Source of the DNA: Amphiscolops sp. MND2022
Taxonomy: Eukaryota
Direction: 5' to 3'
Assembly (NCBI GenBank): GCA_964187785.1
Contig: OZ076411.1
Coordinates: 84,506,001 to 84,570,000, forward strand
DNA length: 64,000 bases
Notes under the pieces: generated by a model
What the model saw: the letters and a program-made list of their open reading frames with translations, nothing else
The model's database searches: none
Told to the model about the DNA's origin: nothing
Shown: in pieces, positions 32,591 through 46,266 of the stretch
Position numbering within the stretch: the first letter of the stretch is position 1
How the letters are laid out: each line of letters begins with the position of its first letter
Made by a program: the position numbers and the translations under genes

Positions 32591-32731
32591 AAAAAACATG
32601 CCACTGCTAGGATTCAGCATTTTTAAAACAAAAAGCGCTGACTAAAAAATATATTAGACCAAAAAATATTTTTGCGGCTGGGTCCTTGGCAATTCGACTC
32701 CAATTAGTGACAATATCACTTCCTTGTTTTT

Positions 32732-33214
32732 AGTCGGCGCTTTTCTAGGAAAAGTGCCCGACTCATACAGTGGCTAGTTTTTTTTTCTTTTTTCTCGTCA
32801 GACTACAATCTCACTCTGATTGGGCCACTTTTCTTACAATCGAAACTGCGAAAACTACTAGCATAAGGCCAAGTCCGGTCAGCGGAAATTAGTGCAAAAG
32901 GGTCCCCCTTTCATTTTTTACTTTTTTAACGTAACCTACAAAACCGGACGAGACTAAAAGGTTCGATTTTTTCGGCATTGTGCGACTTTTTTTCGAAAAT
33001 TTTTTAGTGTCTCAAAAGAGTCCCCCTTTCGAGTTTTTTGATATTTTGCAACAGAATATATGTTAATAAATTCACATTTTTTAAAACATTTTTCGGCACT
33101 ATGCGACATTTTCTGAAAGAAAAAAATCAAAAATTTCAAGTTTTTTTTAAAAAAAGTATTTTGCGCTTTTTGAGCCCTAGATATAGCGCCGACTTTAGAC
33201 GTTCCCGTCTTGTT
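32732..33214 (+). mobile_element. HINE/DINE-1-like element, dominant family
   Basis: tttt-AGTCGGCGCTTTTCTAGGAAAAGTGCCCGACT (5' stem-loop) ... GCGCCGACT-TTA-GACGTTCCCGTC-TTGTT. Close inverted homolog of 49904-50382. Confidence 0.8.
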
Positions 33215-33971
33215 CAACTAAATGCTTGTAGCGTCACCGCTTTCTCTCGGAACATAATCTGGATATGTAAGCAATAACTACATCCGTTTTGTCTTCAATA
33301 TCCTGATGTCGAATTCCACTTGCTAACGAAAAAGAAAAGACGTTTTCTCGTTATTCGGAACCTCTTTTATATGCATTGAAAGACCCAGAGAAAAACCAAA
33401 TGCTCCCTGGTTGGGTCTGGCGTTTTTCTTGACCGCAACTTGATGAAATTTCTGAAAATTACAATATCACATGAAATAACCGCAAAATCTCAAAACAGAG
33501 AGTTCTGGTTTTCCAAGGATTCTGATTATGAAGGATTTGCATTTACTTTTCATGATGTATGCGTTCTACAGTAAGACTGTGTGCACGTAGAAATACCAAT
33601 AAGCTGTGATAACTATATCTTGAATGGTGCTAATCTGGATTCAAACGATGGCTGGCAAAGCAATATTCTAACACCCTCCCTCGGCAGACGCTCCTCCTAG
33701 AAGTCAAATCAGGATAACTGCGTAGGCTCATTTATCGAAGACCAGTCAAACATTTCACACCTATTTTTATGCAGAAATAACCTTTGAAATAACCTGCTTC
33801 TATTTTTGCACGCTTAATCACTCAGCAAAAAAAAACAGAATTGAAGGAAGTTTTCTTCGGCAATTGAGGATTTAGTCACTCAATGGAGAAAGTTTATTTC
33901 ACCAATTCCACGGACGCCGAAAAAGCAGTTTGAATATTCTAGCCTTTTAAACAAGATCTACAGTATTCAAC

Positions 33972-34381
33972 CAGAGCCGCATGTGCGGTAAAGGAGTCGG
34001 CTTAGCTCTTTTTCCTCCTGACTCGCTCCAATCCCAGTCTAACGATTTTGATGCCCTTGCACATATAGGACTCTAATATGGTGTAGAATGACTGTACAAA
34101 ATTTCGTTCGTATCGTATGGAGAGTTTTTGATGAAAAATGGCCGTTTTTTGACCATTTTGGGCTAATTTCTGCTATGTTTCTCACATCCCAGTCATATGA
34201 TTTTGATACCATTGCGCACGCAGGGGCCCTCTGGGCGAAGAATGATTATGGAAAATTTGTGAAAATCGTTTTATGAAAATCGTATGGACGGTTTTTGAGA
34301 AACTTGAAATTTTCATTGACAGAAAAAGAAACAAAAAAACGATACGAATGCATAAGTAGTGGAAAATTTTTTCCGACTCCT
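33972..34381 (-). mobile_element. 410-bp HINE-like element (third family)
   Basis: Homolog of 25267-25676. Hairpin CCGCA-TG-TGCGG sits next to subTIR AGGAGTCGG. Confidence 0.65.
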
Positions 34382-37300
34382 AAAAATATCAAATATGGTA
34401 AATGATTCTTGGTTTTGCAAATCATGGTCCAAAGTGGTTTTTGAATAAGCCGTAATAAATACTTTATTTTGAAGACTTTTAGGATATCTCAGCAACAAAG
34501 GAGGGTATCAACTTACTTATGCCACTTTTTAAATAGTTCCTAATGAGTAGCATGCAAAAATATTTCCATCATTGGTCAATATTTTGAGAATACAAGCTCT
34601 AGATAAGTATATTAAATCTTTTGGTAATGAAACTGATTTTGTTTATGGCTACATGAAAATACAATGATGTAAGAAATGAATTGAACCTTTATTTAAAAAA
34701 TTGGACCAAAACAAAACAGCTCCTCCGAATTCTTCTACCATTCAGGTTATTTGAAGGTCAAATGAACAAACATTCCACAGTTTTGTTGGTTCTTGAATTA
34801 TCGATTTTGCGAATAATGAAGAAACTTCCTAATTTCATTTTTAATTGATGGTATTCACTGCTGATTGGGACATGGGACATCATTTTAGCCACCTTTGTGA
34901 CATTTGGCATCTAATGAGACATTCAACTGTTTTACATCAAGGAAATTTGTATTATATAATTTTTGATAAGGGGTTTTCTATTATTCAAGGGGGATTAAGG
35001 ACGATTTCTAATCTATTAGGGTATTAAGTTTTCGGTTTTAGATTTGTTTCCGATAAAATTATAGTCAACAGAATCAGCTAATTAGGGCGAGTTTATCCAT
35101 TATCTTCAACATTCAATTTGTCTTTCCAGTTCCCCGAATTCTGGGTAAAATAGAGATTGAAAGAGTTTCACCATGCTAGCTTTGTTTACATGCAGTTCAA
35201 GAAACTATTTCTGACAAATAAAAGTTCAATTCAGTTCTTACACCATAGTATAAACATTCAACATGGGAGCTTTCCGTAGTTACATACTCTCTCATTCAAG
35301 CAAAATTCCTTTCCTGTTTTGTTCCCAAACTCCTACTGCGTCTCTGTGTTTTGCGGTCATTTAAACTAATTGAGATCCCGCAATTATGCAAAGGACCAAG
35401 TCGTTATTGCGAATTTGAAACTGTGGGTTTCCCGGAGACTCGATTTAGAAAGTAGGCTTGGGTCCCATTTTAATTGGCAGATCATAAGCGAACGGAGAAA
35501 ATATTAGTAGAAGAATAAAAAGCCTCCGTTGAATATCGCTAATGAACTGTTTTTTGTGTGTGCTTCGAAAACGATTTTTCCTCTATTTTTTTCATACATC
35601 CAAGAAGTGAGCGCTCAGAAGTGTACTTCGATTCATGTACGATGATATTGAATGTTTCAATAATGATGAAAAAAGCATTGAAATTTTCTCCGAAACGCGT
35701 GTTGTCGATAAAAGTAAGTCGGGAATTTCTAAAATGAATCAAGCGAACGGAAAACCGTTTCTAATAGTTACCTTTGACATTAAGGCTCCTGGATTTTGGA
35801 GAACTGAGTTGCAGAAATATTGGGGAACATTCTATATGTATATTGTATAGTATTCTTTGGATAGTGGTAATCTCAAATTCAACATTTAATCAAGTTCGTA
35901 TTCAATGTTTGAAACATGAGAAAAACCAAGTCTTGAGCTGAACTTGTTTTCTGAAAATGGTTGTACATCCAATTCGAGAAAAGAAGAGCTCTATTCAAAG
36001 AAGAAAAGAAGGTAACGTCGAAGAATTTTCGTTAGAGCGGACATGAATTTCTGTTTGTTCACGAAGCTTGTTTGAAGTTTTCACAAAATTTTATTCCATC
36101 ATAGAAAAAGGTGAAAAAATCAACGGAAATACATTTCGCTACAAAGAAGAAAAACGTTTGAAAATGTGCCGAAACAACAGAAACAAATATACATGTTAAC
36201 AACCGAAACATTTCTGATATTGAAGTGCAGTGGAAATTGTGGAAAAATGGAGAAATCACTTAATGTTGCTGCAAACACCCTCTTAAAATGCGAAATGTTT
36301 GTCAATGTTTTCAGAATGAATGGAAATTATGCACTAAAAAATTGGAAAATTCGAGATTCGGGTTCTATATAAGGACTTGAATAAGACGCCCATTTATTAA
36401 GCATTACCATAAATACATGGCTTGGGTAAGAACCAATAAAATTGTCAACCAAAATGTAAGAACACAGCAATTTGGAGGTCCAGGCAAATTCTACTTGAAG
36501 CTACTGTCTCTCCAGTTTTTGTTCTTTTAGCTCAACTCTATCAATTGAGAAACCTATATTGTAGGATTCAATTCAGTATAAAAAGGATAGTTATGAAATC
36601 CAGTCACATACTAAACACAATCTACAGTTCCAAACAAAATATAGGACCGTTGGACACAATTCAATCTTGCTGAAGCTCCAACATCAACAAAATCTTATGT
36701 CCTGGACTTGTCAGTTAATCCACTGCCTATTCTTTATCTCTCGGCGCTAGCGACAACACAATATTGTCACCCCGCGAGAAACAACTAGCTCCTAGCTCTC
36801 TTACTCGGTTGTGTCTTTTCGATTCTATGTCGGTTCTTCTCTAGGTAGATTGGTTAATCGCACAAGTTTCTCGTGATCTCATCCTCACAATCCGTCTTAC
36901 TTGACGTTTACTTTATTGGGCGTCAGGAACTTGACTTTCTATGTGTTTACTTATCTCTTAGTGGTATAGCGAACGCTTCTATCAAACATAGTCATTTTTT
37001 GAGAAGAAATTTTTACCGCCTATTACAAACATTTCCATAACTTGTCTGAAGTTCACATTGTATGATGATCCATGCATCCAAGATATTTTCCGAATCCGGT
37101 TCGAACACTCACTGGCCTTCTCTTACATGGTTTTCATATTATCTACACGTAAGGAGTCTTCTCACGTCAATATGAACGAGGCGCAACGCGAATCCTACTA
37201 CCCGGTTGAAATGCATAAGGTATCGCTCGAGCGAGGCTGTCTCATGTGCTTTAATGTTTTTTTTTTTCAATGATCTGTTGTCGCCAGGTTTTAGGTTCAT

Positions 37301-37705
37301 AGAGTTTATGTTTCCCGAACTACATGATTCGGGTATGGTTTGTTTACTTGAAGCGATTAACCCCGGATGGCTTACTGATACAGTGCCTTGCTCGGTGGCA
37401 ATAGACTACATTCGTTGTTGAAATCCGTTTGGGTTAAGGCCAAGGTCAATTGTTTTTTATCACTTCCGCGGGTCTGGTTTCGCGCATCTCAGAATAACAA
37501 TGCTCCTAGCGGGTGTGACTGATGAACGTAACTCCCATGTTGGATCGATGAACTATTTTCGTTCGAAAATTTTGAAGTTATTTGTATCTTGTATCACATC
37601 ATGTAGTTGAGAGAATAATTTATTTTGTTCAAAAATGCCAATCTTTTAGTACGAATAGGTTGTTTTGAAAATGTCGCAATTGGTCTGCAACTCGAATATC
37701 ATTTC

Positions 37706-39596
37706 TGTCGCGACCCCAGAGGTGTCACGGAATACAAACAACAGGAGAAACGCCTGAGGAGGAAAGCGAGGAAATCGACCAAAGTAGGTCAGAAATGCCA
37801 TAAAACCTAAAAAAGAAGATCCAACAAACAACCGAATATTATTTAAATAACATGTAAATGTACTTTTACTACCATCGTGCTGTACCTGAAATACATAAAT
37901 ATGTAAATAATTATATAATAATAACAAGCGCAGTATTTGCTCAGTCAATCAGCCAGCGCGCTGACCGAAATTAATTCGATCAACGCGTCAACTGGGGACT
38001 CGCCTCAGCGGCAGTAATGATTTTAAATAATTCCATCCGCATTAGCCAATCAGAAACAAGCGCAGTTGAAGCTAGTAGTGAATTTGAGTCAGCGTCCCAG
38101 GCAGCATACCAGTCGACTGAAGCTGGGACGCACGCTCTGTCGCACTACCTGAATGTATTGACGTAACCAAATGACGCTAGGTTTTAAATGAAAATTACAC
38201 GACTTAAAAGAAGTCAATTACCAAAAGAGTGTCTAGTGAACATTAATTAATACTGATTGAGTGTTATCGATGCACTTGATTTCACCTTGCATTTGAGTCG
38301 ACCTACCAGGCAGAGTGCTAAATTTTCCAAGTGAAATAACTACCTGGACAGGCGACCAAAAATGTCGGAGTAATATATGATTTAACTCATCTCATTCATG
38401 AAGCTGTTCCCTTTTAAAAACTTTTAATTGATAATATTATAGTGAAATAAACCCCCAGTGCTATTATTCATCCCCGCATGCATCGTTTGTTCAATACAGT
38501 TGAGTCAACTAACTACCTGGTCAACTTGCCAGACGACTCAAAATGAAACGCGTTGCCTGGCGTTCTCCCAGGATTTTAATTGTTCGTTGCAGTCAAAACA
38601 CCAATTAACGGCCTTAATAGGCTGATTTAAAGAAATCAGTGCTGTTAAATTGAAATATTGAAGTATTTTCCGATTTATTTATTAACAAAAATTGGGAATC
38701 TTCGATGTAAACTTCACTTTTCTTTCCCGCGTCAGTAGCTAGATTCATGAATTTTCAGTGCCAACTTTGGCTCGGCGTCTTGAATTGGCGGGAAACGAAG
38801 AAGAAAGCGACGCGGAATCGCGACTTCGGCAGGAAGTTGATTCCCACTTTTCCTTTAAAGTGAGATGACGCTGAAAGCCGAATCCCGAGGAAGCGGACCT
38901 AATTTGGACTTTCCTACCTCGGATTGACGCCGAGCTGAACGCGGTGTGACTTCACGCGCGGGATTTATTCCGCGTGTCTAGCGTAAGGTATTTATACCTG
39001 AAGCGGGTTAAGGAAAGGACCAGTTTTTAATTCGTGATTCTACAAGCTACTTGAGTGAGATTTCAAATATTATAACTTTTCTCACCATTTGTATCGTATT
39101 TTGATTGTTTTCCTAATAATTACTTTGTTTCTATTATCCAGAATTCGGTTTTTCAATTTGTTAGACAACTGATTTGCTTGGGAATAAGTTGGAACTATTA
39201 CCCTCCAGAGAATACCTAATTTAATTATTCCAAGCCCGTGTACGAATTTTGAAATGCCCGAAAAGACCCAGAAAAGGAAATTGAGGAGTGATCAAAGTAC
39301 TAGTCAGTTAGAGGTAGAGAATTTTAGTTGCCCAAACGACGAGAATGCTAGCCTCTCTGAACAAGATTTCGAAGACATTACTAGTAAAGTGGAAAATCGT
39401 TTATCGAAACGACTAAGAGATACCGTGTTCGGACAGAGAGAAATATTAAAGTTAATTGAGAATTTAACGTCCAAAGTGGACAGTCTCTCTAACCCCGCGT
39501 CCGAACAAAGTAGTTCCGCTTTGCGATGTGAGCTTGATGTTGACCCTACAGATATTCTAGGGAACGAAGATGTTGATCGGAATGTTAGTTCCAACA
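37706..39596 (+). mobile_element. Solo LTR (1891 bp) containing the 5' part of a gag-like ORF
   Basis: TG...CA termini (TGTCGCGACC...GTTCCAACA) with 5-bp TSD ATTTC (37701-37705, 39597-39601). Confidence 0.8.
39254..39596 (+). pseudogene. Truncated gag-like N-terminal ORF inside the solo LTR
   Basis: MPEKTQKRKLRS...coiled coil...DRNVSSN runs to the LTR end and then into flank. Gag identity is inferred from position only. Confidence 0.55.
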
Positions 39597-40060
39597 ATTT
39601 CAACCATTATATTCAATTCGATTGATTTTACGAAATGAAAACTACTCATTTATTGGTGCGGCCTTTTTGATAGGTGAGCTTTTGACTAGAAAATGGGTGC
39701 TTTTGTCTGTACATGCTGTTGTTTAGGTACCGCAGTACCAAAAGTTGAACTGAAAAACGTCAGAAAAAGTGTTTTGAATATTTTTGTTAGTCTCGAAGGG
39801 TCCTTTCGGGTAAATTGTTTTCATATGTTATTCAAAATGTTGAAATTTCATACATTGGTCGGTTATTGGAGCTCGGGAAAAAAATAGAAGTTTTTCAAGT
39901 TTAAAAATGCTTCAGAATTTACGTCAGATCAAGAAAAACCATGGTTGAATCAAAATGATGGAATCGGTGAAAAGTACTGATTTTTCATTGATTTCATGGT
40001 GAATTTTTATAGTGTCAATAGAATGACTGATAGAGTATTTTAAGAGCTTGCCCTATTTTT

Positions 40061-40253
40061 AGTCGGCGCATTTTAGTAGAAAATGTGCCCGACTCTTACA
40101 GTGGGTAGTTTTTTTAGACACGAAAGGTCCACTTTTTTGTTCAGTTCATTTGTTCAACAACTTGGGGGAAGTTCAAAACGCGGAGGTTCAAAACACTCGA
40201 AATCTAGGCCGACTCGAAAATATGGCGCCGACTTGGGCCGGTCCCGGCTTGTT
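40061..40253 (+). mobile_element. Minimal (~193 bp) copy of the dominant HINE-like family
   Basis: tttt-AGTCGGCGC...GTGCCCGACT at the 5' end and GCGCCGACT-TGG-GCCGGTCCCGGC-TTGTT at the 3' end. Confidence 0.75.
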
Positions 40254-41191
40254 ATTTCTGTCGTGGTAAAAACGCCATACCTTTCCCTAGTAAACAATTC
40301 AGGAATTTTCAAGAAAAACAACACAACCATGTAAAAGCCACCCCAAAAATAGAAACTTCCTCAAATTCCCGACGAACGTCATCGGTTTCCTTTTTCCATC
40401 GAAACTGTCTCTTCAGTCATTAGCGCAAATTACATTTTGGTCTCCCAAAAAGGAAGTGGGAAGTAATACAACACCTCTTGTCTTGTGACGTCATCAATTT
40501 CACTCACGTGACGACGTCAATTTCACTCACGTGACCTCATCAGTTGACATTTCATATTCTTTTCTGAGCCCTTTCAATTTCATCAACTTTGACCATTACT
40601 AGTTTCATTCACATTCAATGAAGAACCATCACGAAAAAGTAATTTGTGAAGAAAATGACCGCTGTTTTTTCTAATTTGGTAGCATTATTGCTATTCACTT
40701 TACTTTATAAAGTAAGGGTAATAATTGTATTTTTATAAATATACAATTAATAACCTAATTTTCTTACAAGAGAATTCTTCCCTGGTGGAACCAGATGGCC
40801 GGTAAATGACTAATTAAAGCATAATTGGGTAAGAAATTAAAGTTAAAGTTAGAAAATTGGCAGTCTAATTCTTTCAAACTTTTCCCTCAAGAGGCCTTTT
40901 GAGCAAAATTTTGTCCTGACTTCTAATAATAATCCCGAAGTGACAACAAGTATCGCCTGAAACTCCATTGAATTATGTAATGATCATCAAAAAATGTGAA
41001 ATGTATGCGAAGCTCCCATTATTTTATGAAACTTTAACGAGGCATAAAATTCTTCATGGTAAAGCTGCGAAAAAGAAAATGCCCATTTTGATTTTGAAAA
41101 TGCCCATAACAATGACTGAGTTTTTTGGCCAAGGAAAACACTAAACGCGCAGTCAGACTGCGACGTTTTCAATTAGTTTTGATAATAGATG

Positions 41192-41665
41192 AACAAGACG
41201 GGAACGTCTCAAGTCGGCGCTATATCTAAGGCTCAAAAAGCGCAAAACATTTTTTTTGGAAAAAAAACTTGAAATTTTCGAAAAAAAATTCTTTCGGAAA
41301 ATGTCGCACAGTGCCGAAAAATGTAAAAGGGGGACCCTTTTTGATTTGTAAACACGCATTCTGTAGCAAAATAACAAAAAACTCAAAGGGGGACCCTTTG
41401 GGGACATTAAAAACATTTCGAAAAAAAGTCGCACAGTGCCGAAAAAATCGAAAGGGGGGACCCTTTAGTCCCGTCCAGGCTTGTAGGTAGCGTTTAAAAA
41501 GTAAAAAACCAAAGGGGGATCCTTTGGAATAATTTACATGCGTTTCCCTGGTATTTAGTTTCCTTTAGTTGAACGTTAACGTTCGTCGCTTCGAGTCTGT
41601 CTTAAATAAACAAAAAAACGAGTGACTGTAATAGTCGGGCTCTTTTCTTGAGAAAAACGCCGAAT
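41192..41665 (-). mobile_element. HINE/DINE-1-like element, dominant family
   Basis: aacaagacgggaacgtctcaagtcggcgc ... actgtaatagtcgggctcttttc...cgccgaataaaa. Confidence 0.75.
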
Positions 41666-42801
41666 AAAAACGGGAGTGAATCTTAAGAGCTTAATTTTCT
41701 CTTCACACAACAACACTTATCAAAAGTGGCAACATTCATTCAATGAGTATTGTTGTGTGAAAAGAAGAATTTTTTTGGGAAATTAGTGGAAATGTTATAA
41801 CAAAAAGACTTGAATACAAACGTTTTATACTTATTTTCAATGTGACAGTTTGGGATTGAGATAAAATGCATTCTTGATAAAGAAATCAATAGCTTCTTGT
41901 TTGAAGTGACAAAAAAGTGAATAAGAAGGTAATTATAGTAAAAATGTGTGGAAAATGTTTTGTTCAAAGAAAAAACTGTTCTAATAGAAGTTAACTTCCG
42001 GTTATTGAAGAAGGTTTTACATTTAAGTAGGCTAGTCTGAACTTTTTAGGGAATTTACTTTCAAAGGAGGGGCGGGGTGTGACAGAGTACTAAAAGAGCA
42101 GTAAAGCTAAAAGTGAATTAAAGATAGTATTGACCAACACCTGTCACAAATGCTAGAATGAGTTACTTAACATAACATTTAGTTGCTGTTGCCTTCGAAT
42201 CGAGATACAGTTTGCAATACATTATTATCATCCTTCTTTCTTTCTTTACTTGCCTCTCAGTAGTCTGTAACGGTTTAACAGAAAAGAGCCGTGACCAATT
42301 GTTACGAGCATACGAACTGGGTGGAAAGATCGACCAACGTCAAATACTGAAGCATCTCAAACTAAGCTCTATTTCACTTGATTAACAGAAAAATCCCTCT
42401 ATTAAATTCTAGAGATGTTTAAAGCGTTTCATTCCCGGTACAGAAAATTTTTATTCATTTTATTCTCGGTGAAAGCAGTTACCGTGGAATGGAAAACCAC
42501 ACCAAACGCAAGTCGACCTAAACCAGGTTGACTTTATCATACCATGATCGTATCATAGCCAGTCTATGATTGCGGCCATTCCAAAATCCTGATCATCCCA
42601 AAGCCTAATCATGGCGATCATGTTTTTTTTTAAAAATAATTTCAATAAAATATTTTGCAAAAAGTTGGCATTTCGGTTTAGGGCGTTTTGAAAAAAACCA
42701 TAATTGACAACGTTGTCAGTAAGAGCACGAAGAATTTTTCTGATGAAAAAAGATTAACGACACGACATTTTCAGGGCTTGAATGTAGTCGATTCGAAACA
42801 A

Positions 42802-42885
42802 AACTTGCTCATTTCATAGTTTTGAATGACTTAAGTGATACTGCAGTATCACTCAAGTCATTCAAAACTATGAAATGAGCAAGTT
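42802..42885. repeat. 84-bp near-perfect palindrome
   Basis: 42-bp arms centred on CTG|CAG, with 1 mismatch and no loop. Confidence 0.9.
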
Positions 42886-44242
42886 CTACAAATCAGATTG
42901 AAAACTAAAGAAATGTTTACCTAAACTTACAACCTTGGGTTTGCAGTTTTACAGGTTGAGTTTCAAGTTTCTATGAACAGTAGTGTAAAATTTTGCAATT
43001 AATGGAATCCATTAAACAAAGCACGTTGTTACGTGGTAATTGCATTATCGGCAGTGGATAGAAGTATGTTAGATATTATGTTCAGTATGTTGAATGATAA
43101 TGTTGACAACATTGCATCAAACATTTAATAAAAGCCATTGCAGAATGTTAATTCTGAAAAAGTTGTCACAGGTTATGTTATTGTACTTTGTAGAGAACTT
43201 AGATTTCTAGGGGGTGGAGAGAGAGCTTCCCAAGAATCTAACTCCAACAGAAATGTTTTTATTTGTTGGAAAAAATTCGTTTAACTGACCAACTCGGCTA
43301 TTTTTGTTGTCCAAATTGCTTCTAATGTAAACACACTTAGTTAAAAAAGTTGGAATCGCAAATTTACTATGTTTACTGATAATATTCCGATCAAGTTTTA
43401 TAACAAATGTTTAATTACATCAAAATTGGCTAGGATTATTAAGGTCAGCTATTCAGCGACATAGTCTCTAAACTCTAGCTCCGCGAGCTACGAAAAATCT
43501 CTGATTAATTAACAGTTCTCAGAGTGAGTCACAGACCCTAACAATCGAGAAGCGTGAATATGATTCTGAACTCAACTCGAAAAATCTGACCTCCGCGAGA
43601 CTCAACTTGCTCCTAGTTCTCTAACTCGCGTCTTGTTATTCAAGGATATTCCAATTCCGCCTCAAGTATATTTGTTCATAATGCGTATGTCTTGCTATAT
43701 CATCCTCATATTCCGCCCTTCTTGAGATTTACAATACTAGAGTCGTGAGTTCACAGGTGATCCTTTTCATCTTTACAAACCTTTTTATAGCATAGCGAAC
43801 GCCTCAACCAAACAGTTGCACTTCAACTTAAATTCTGTACCACCCATTACAAATAGTTTGTTAACTTGTCCGATGTCATCAAAGGTAATTCAAGTCCTTT
43901 AGCATATTTCAGAAGGAGCGCTCATCGAACGACCTTCGGTTACATGGTTTATACGTTCTCTACTCCTGAGGAGTTTTCTACCGTCAGCACGAACGAGGCC
44001 TACTACAAATCGTTCCGCCTGATTGAACTGCATAAATCAACACTCATACAGGACTGACCCAACATGATTCTTTCAATGTTTTTCTTTGAGTTAGAGGGTC
44101 GCCCTTTGGAAAGACTTTGAGACACGCTCGTGCCCATTAATCGTTTCGTGATGTCAAACGTTCCTCTATTCCGGACTATGTGGTTTTTTTATTCGACCAA
44201 ACTACTTTCCGATGATCTAAATTTATCCAGACAGTGAAAAAT

Positions 44243-44723
44243 GGTGAATCTAGGAAAACTCGTCAAAAACAACTCGTCGAAAACAACTCGTCGAAAACAT
44301 TTCGTCGAAAATACTAGGCGGAAAACTTGTCGAAAAGCAACTCGCCGAAAATTCTCCGGCGGAAAACTCGTCGCAAGAATAGAAATTAATCTCAGGCAAA
44401 TATAGTGCTAGCTTTGTGATCATACCGTGTTATGGAGTTCTAAATTATTATGAAGTATTACACTGTAAACTATAAAAGTGAATCATTTCAAGCAATTATA
44501 TAACTAAAAAGGGGCTATATTCTGCGTAAAATTCAAGATTTTACGCATCAAATAACGAAAATTAAATCAATTAGAACTGAATCATCCCAGTGGGTAACCT
44601 GTAAGTATTCGACGAGTTTGCACTTAATTATCATTCGACGAGTTAATTTTCGACCAGTTTTCCGCCCTTTATTTTCGACGAGTTGCTTTCGACGAGTTGC
44701 ATTCGACGAGTTTTCCGCATACC
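44243..44723. mobile_element. MITE with ~15-bp GAAAACAACTCGTC subrepeats in inverted arms
   Basis: Termini ggtgaatctaggaaaactcgtc ... gacgagttttccgcatacc. Homologous to 27892-28155. Confidence 0.65.
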
Positions 44724-46266
44724 AAAATTGGTGTAGCGTTTTTTCCAATGATGGCATCAAAGTGAAACCATCAATGCGACAGTTGAGAAATTTGAACTTT
44801 TTACTTTTTTATATGTGACGTTACTTCATGGTTGCTTTAAGCTAGAATAAAAAAGCCTTTTACAGCCTACTTGGTGAACCAAAAAACGGAACACACAAAA
44901 AATCGTTTTCTAAATAGCAATATTTGTAAACAAAGGCACTGAAATTGATTCGAAAATGGAGCTGTCAATAATTCGAAATGGAGCTCTGGTTACATAATGA
45001 AGTCTTGAACCTAATATGCTTTGAGCCTTCAGAAAAAGTCTGGACGTTTTAACCATTCATTTCGTTTCCAATTTTAATGAATGAACGTCACCGTTTTCGA
45101 ACAAAGTTTCAAAAATTGAGTGATTGACAGCAACGTTTGCTTGTTTGCAAAATTTGAAACTTTGAGAGCCCGAAATATATAATGCGTACCGTTTTTTTAT
45201 TTCACCAAGTAAGTACAGTATTAGGTGACTCAAAAAACGGACCGGACAAAATAATCGCTCTTTAAAATTGTAAAATTTTTAAACAAGACACATATAATCT
45301 TTCACTTTCTCTGTCAATCATCCTATCATTACGTACTCATATCTTCAACAAGGAATGATCCGAACCTTCAGAAAAAGTCTAGACATCTTTACCAGTCATT
45401 TCGTTCACACTTCTGATGTGTGAAAGTTCATTTGCTTCGAAGAAAAGATACCAAATTAAATGACTAAGAAGTTGAATTTCAATGTTCAGAGTTGTTTTGA
45501 AACATTTGTTGACAAATATATGAAACTTTTATGCGTTCTTTCTTGGTTCACCTAGTGTATGTTCAGTGCAAACAGTAACAATTTGGATGCAAATTTTCAC
45601 ACTTCTGGGCAGGTAGTAAGAATTTTTGCTGATGGAATGAATTCTCCCACGCATGCTTTGCGCACTTTAGAGTAGGTGCAATGCTTTCATGTAACATTTG
45701 GATTTGTTGTCATCAAAGTATTCAAGCTGCTTGGAGGTCAAACGAAGGATTGAACTTCAGTCGTAAACAAAAACCCCGCTGGCTGATTTTTGGAACTGCG
45801 TCGTAAAACAGAAAGACTTCATTTCCTTTTGAATTCATTCCGCATTTAAAATTCCATAGCAAAAATAGGAACTCTGGTATCAAATTTTATGGCTGAATCG
45901 AATATGGATATAAAATGCCTCCGAGTTTTCGCAATAAAAAGTTGAAAGGAATTGGAATTTTCAACAGACTAAATTTTAGCAATTCGTTATCTTGCAAGTC
46001 TAACGACGGGTTTAAGATCGATCATTATGAATCACCTTGTAACACTTTTTGTATAAAGTTTCTACCTAAAGAATTTTTTTAAAGTTACCTAACAAAAGTG
46101 ATGTTCATTATTATTTTTTGCCCACACAAATGGGGGAGGAAAATCATGATCTGTGACGCGCTTTTTTACTAATTCTGCCAAAACTCCACTTTATTTCCAC
46201 TCCATATATGCACTTTGTTCAATTATGGTGGCTCAGTCAGGTTGTAGGTCCTGGGTTCGAACCCGG

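Noticed and set aside
46226-46266. tRNA gene (also the candidates at 51-130, ~49020 and ~55660)
   Set aside because: A/B boxes or T-arms only. No complete acceptor, D and anticodon stems could be folded.
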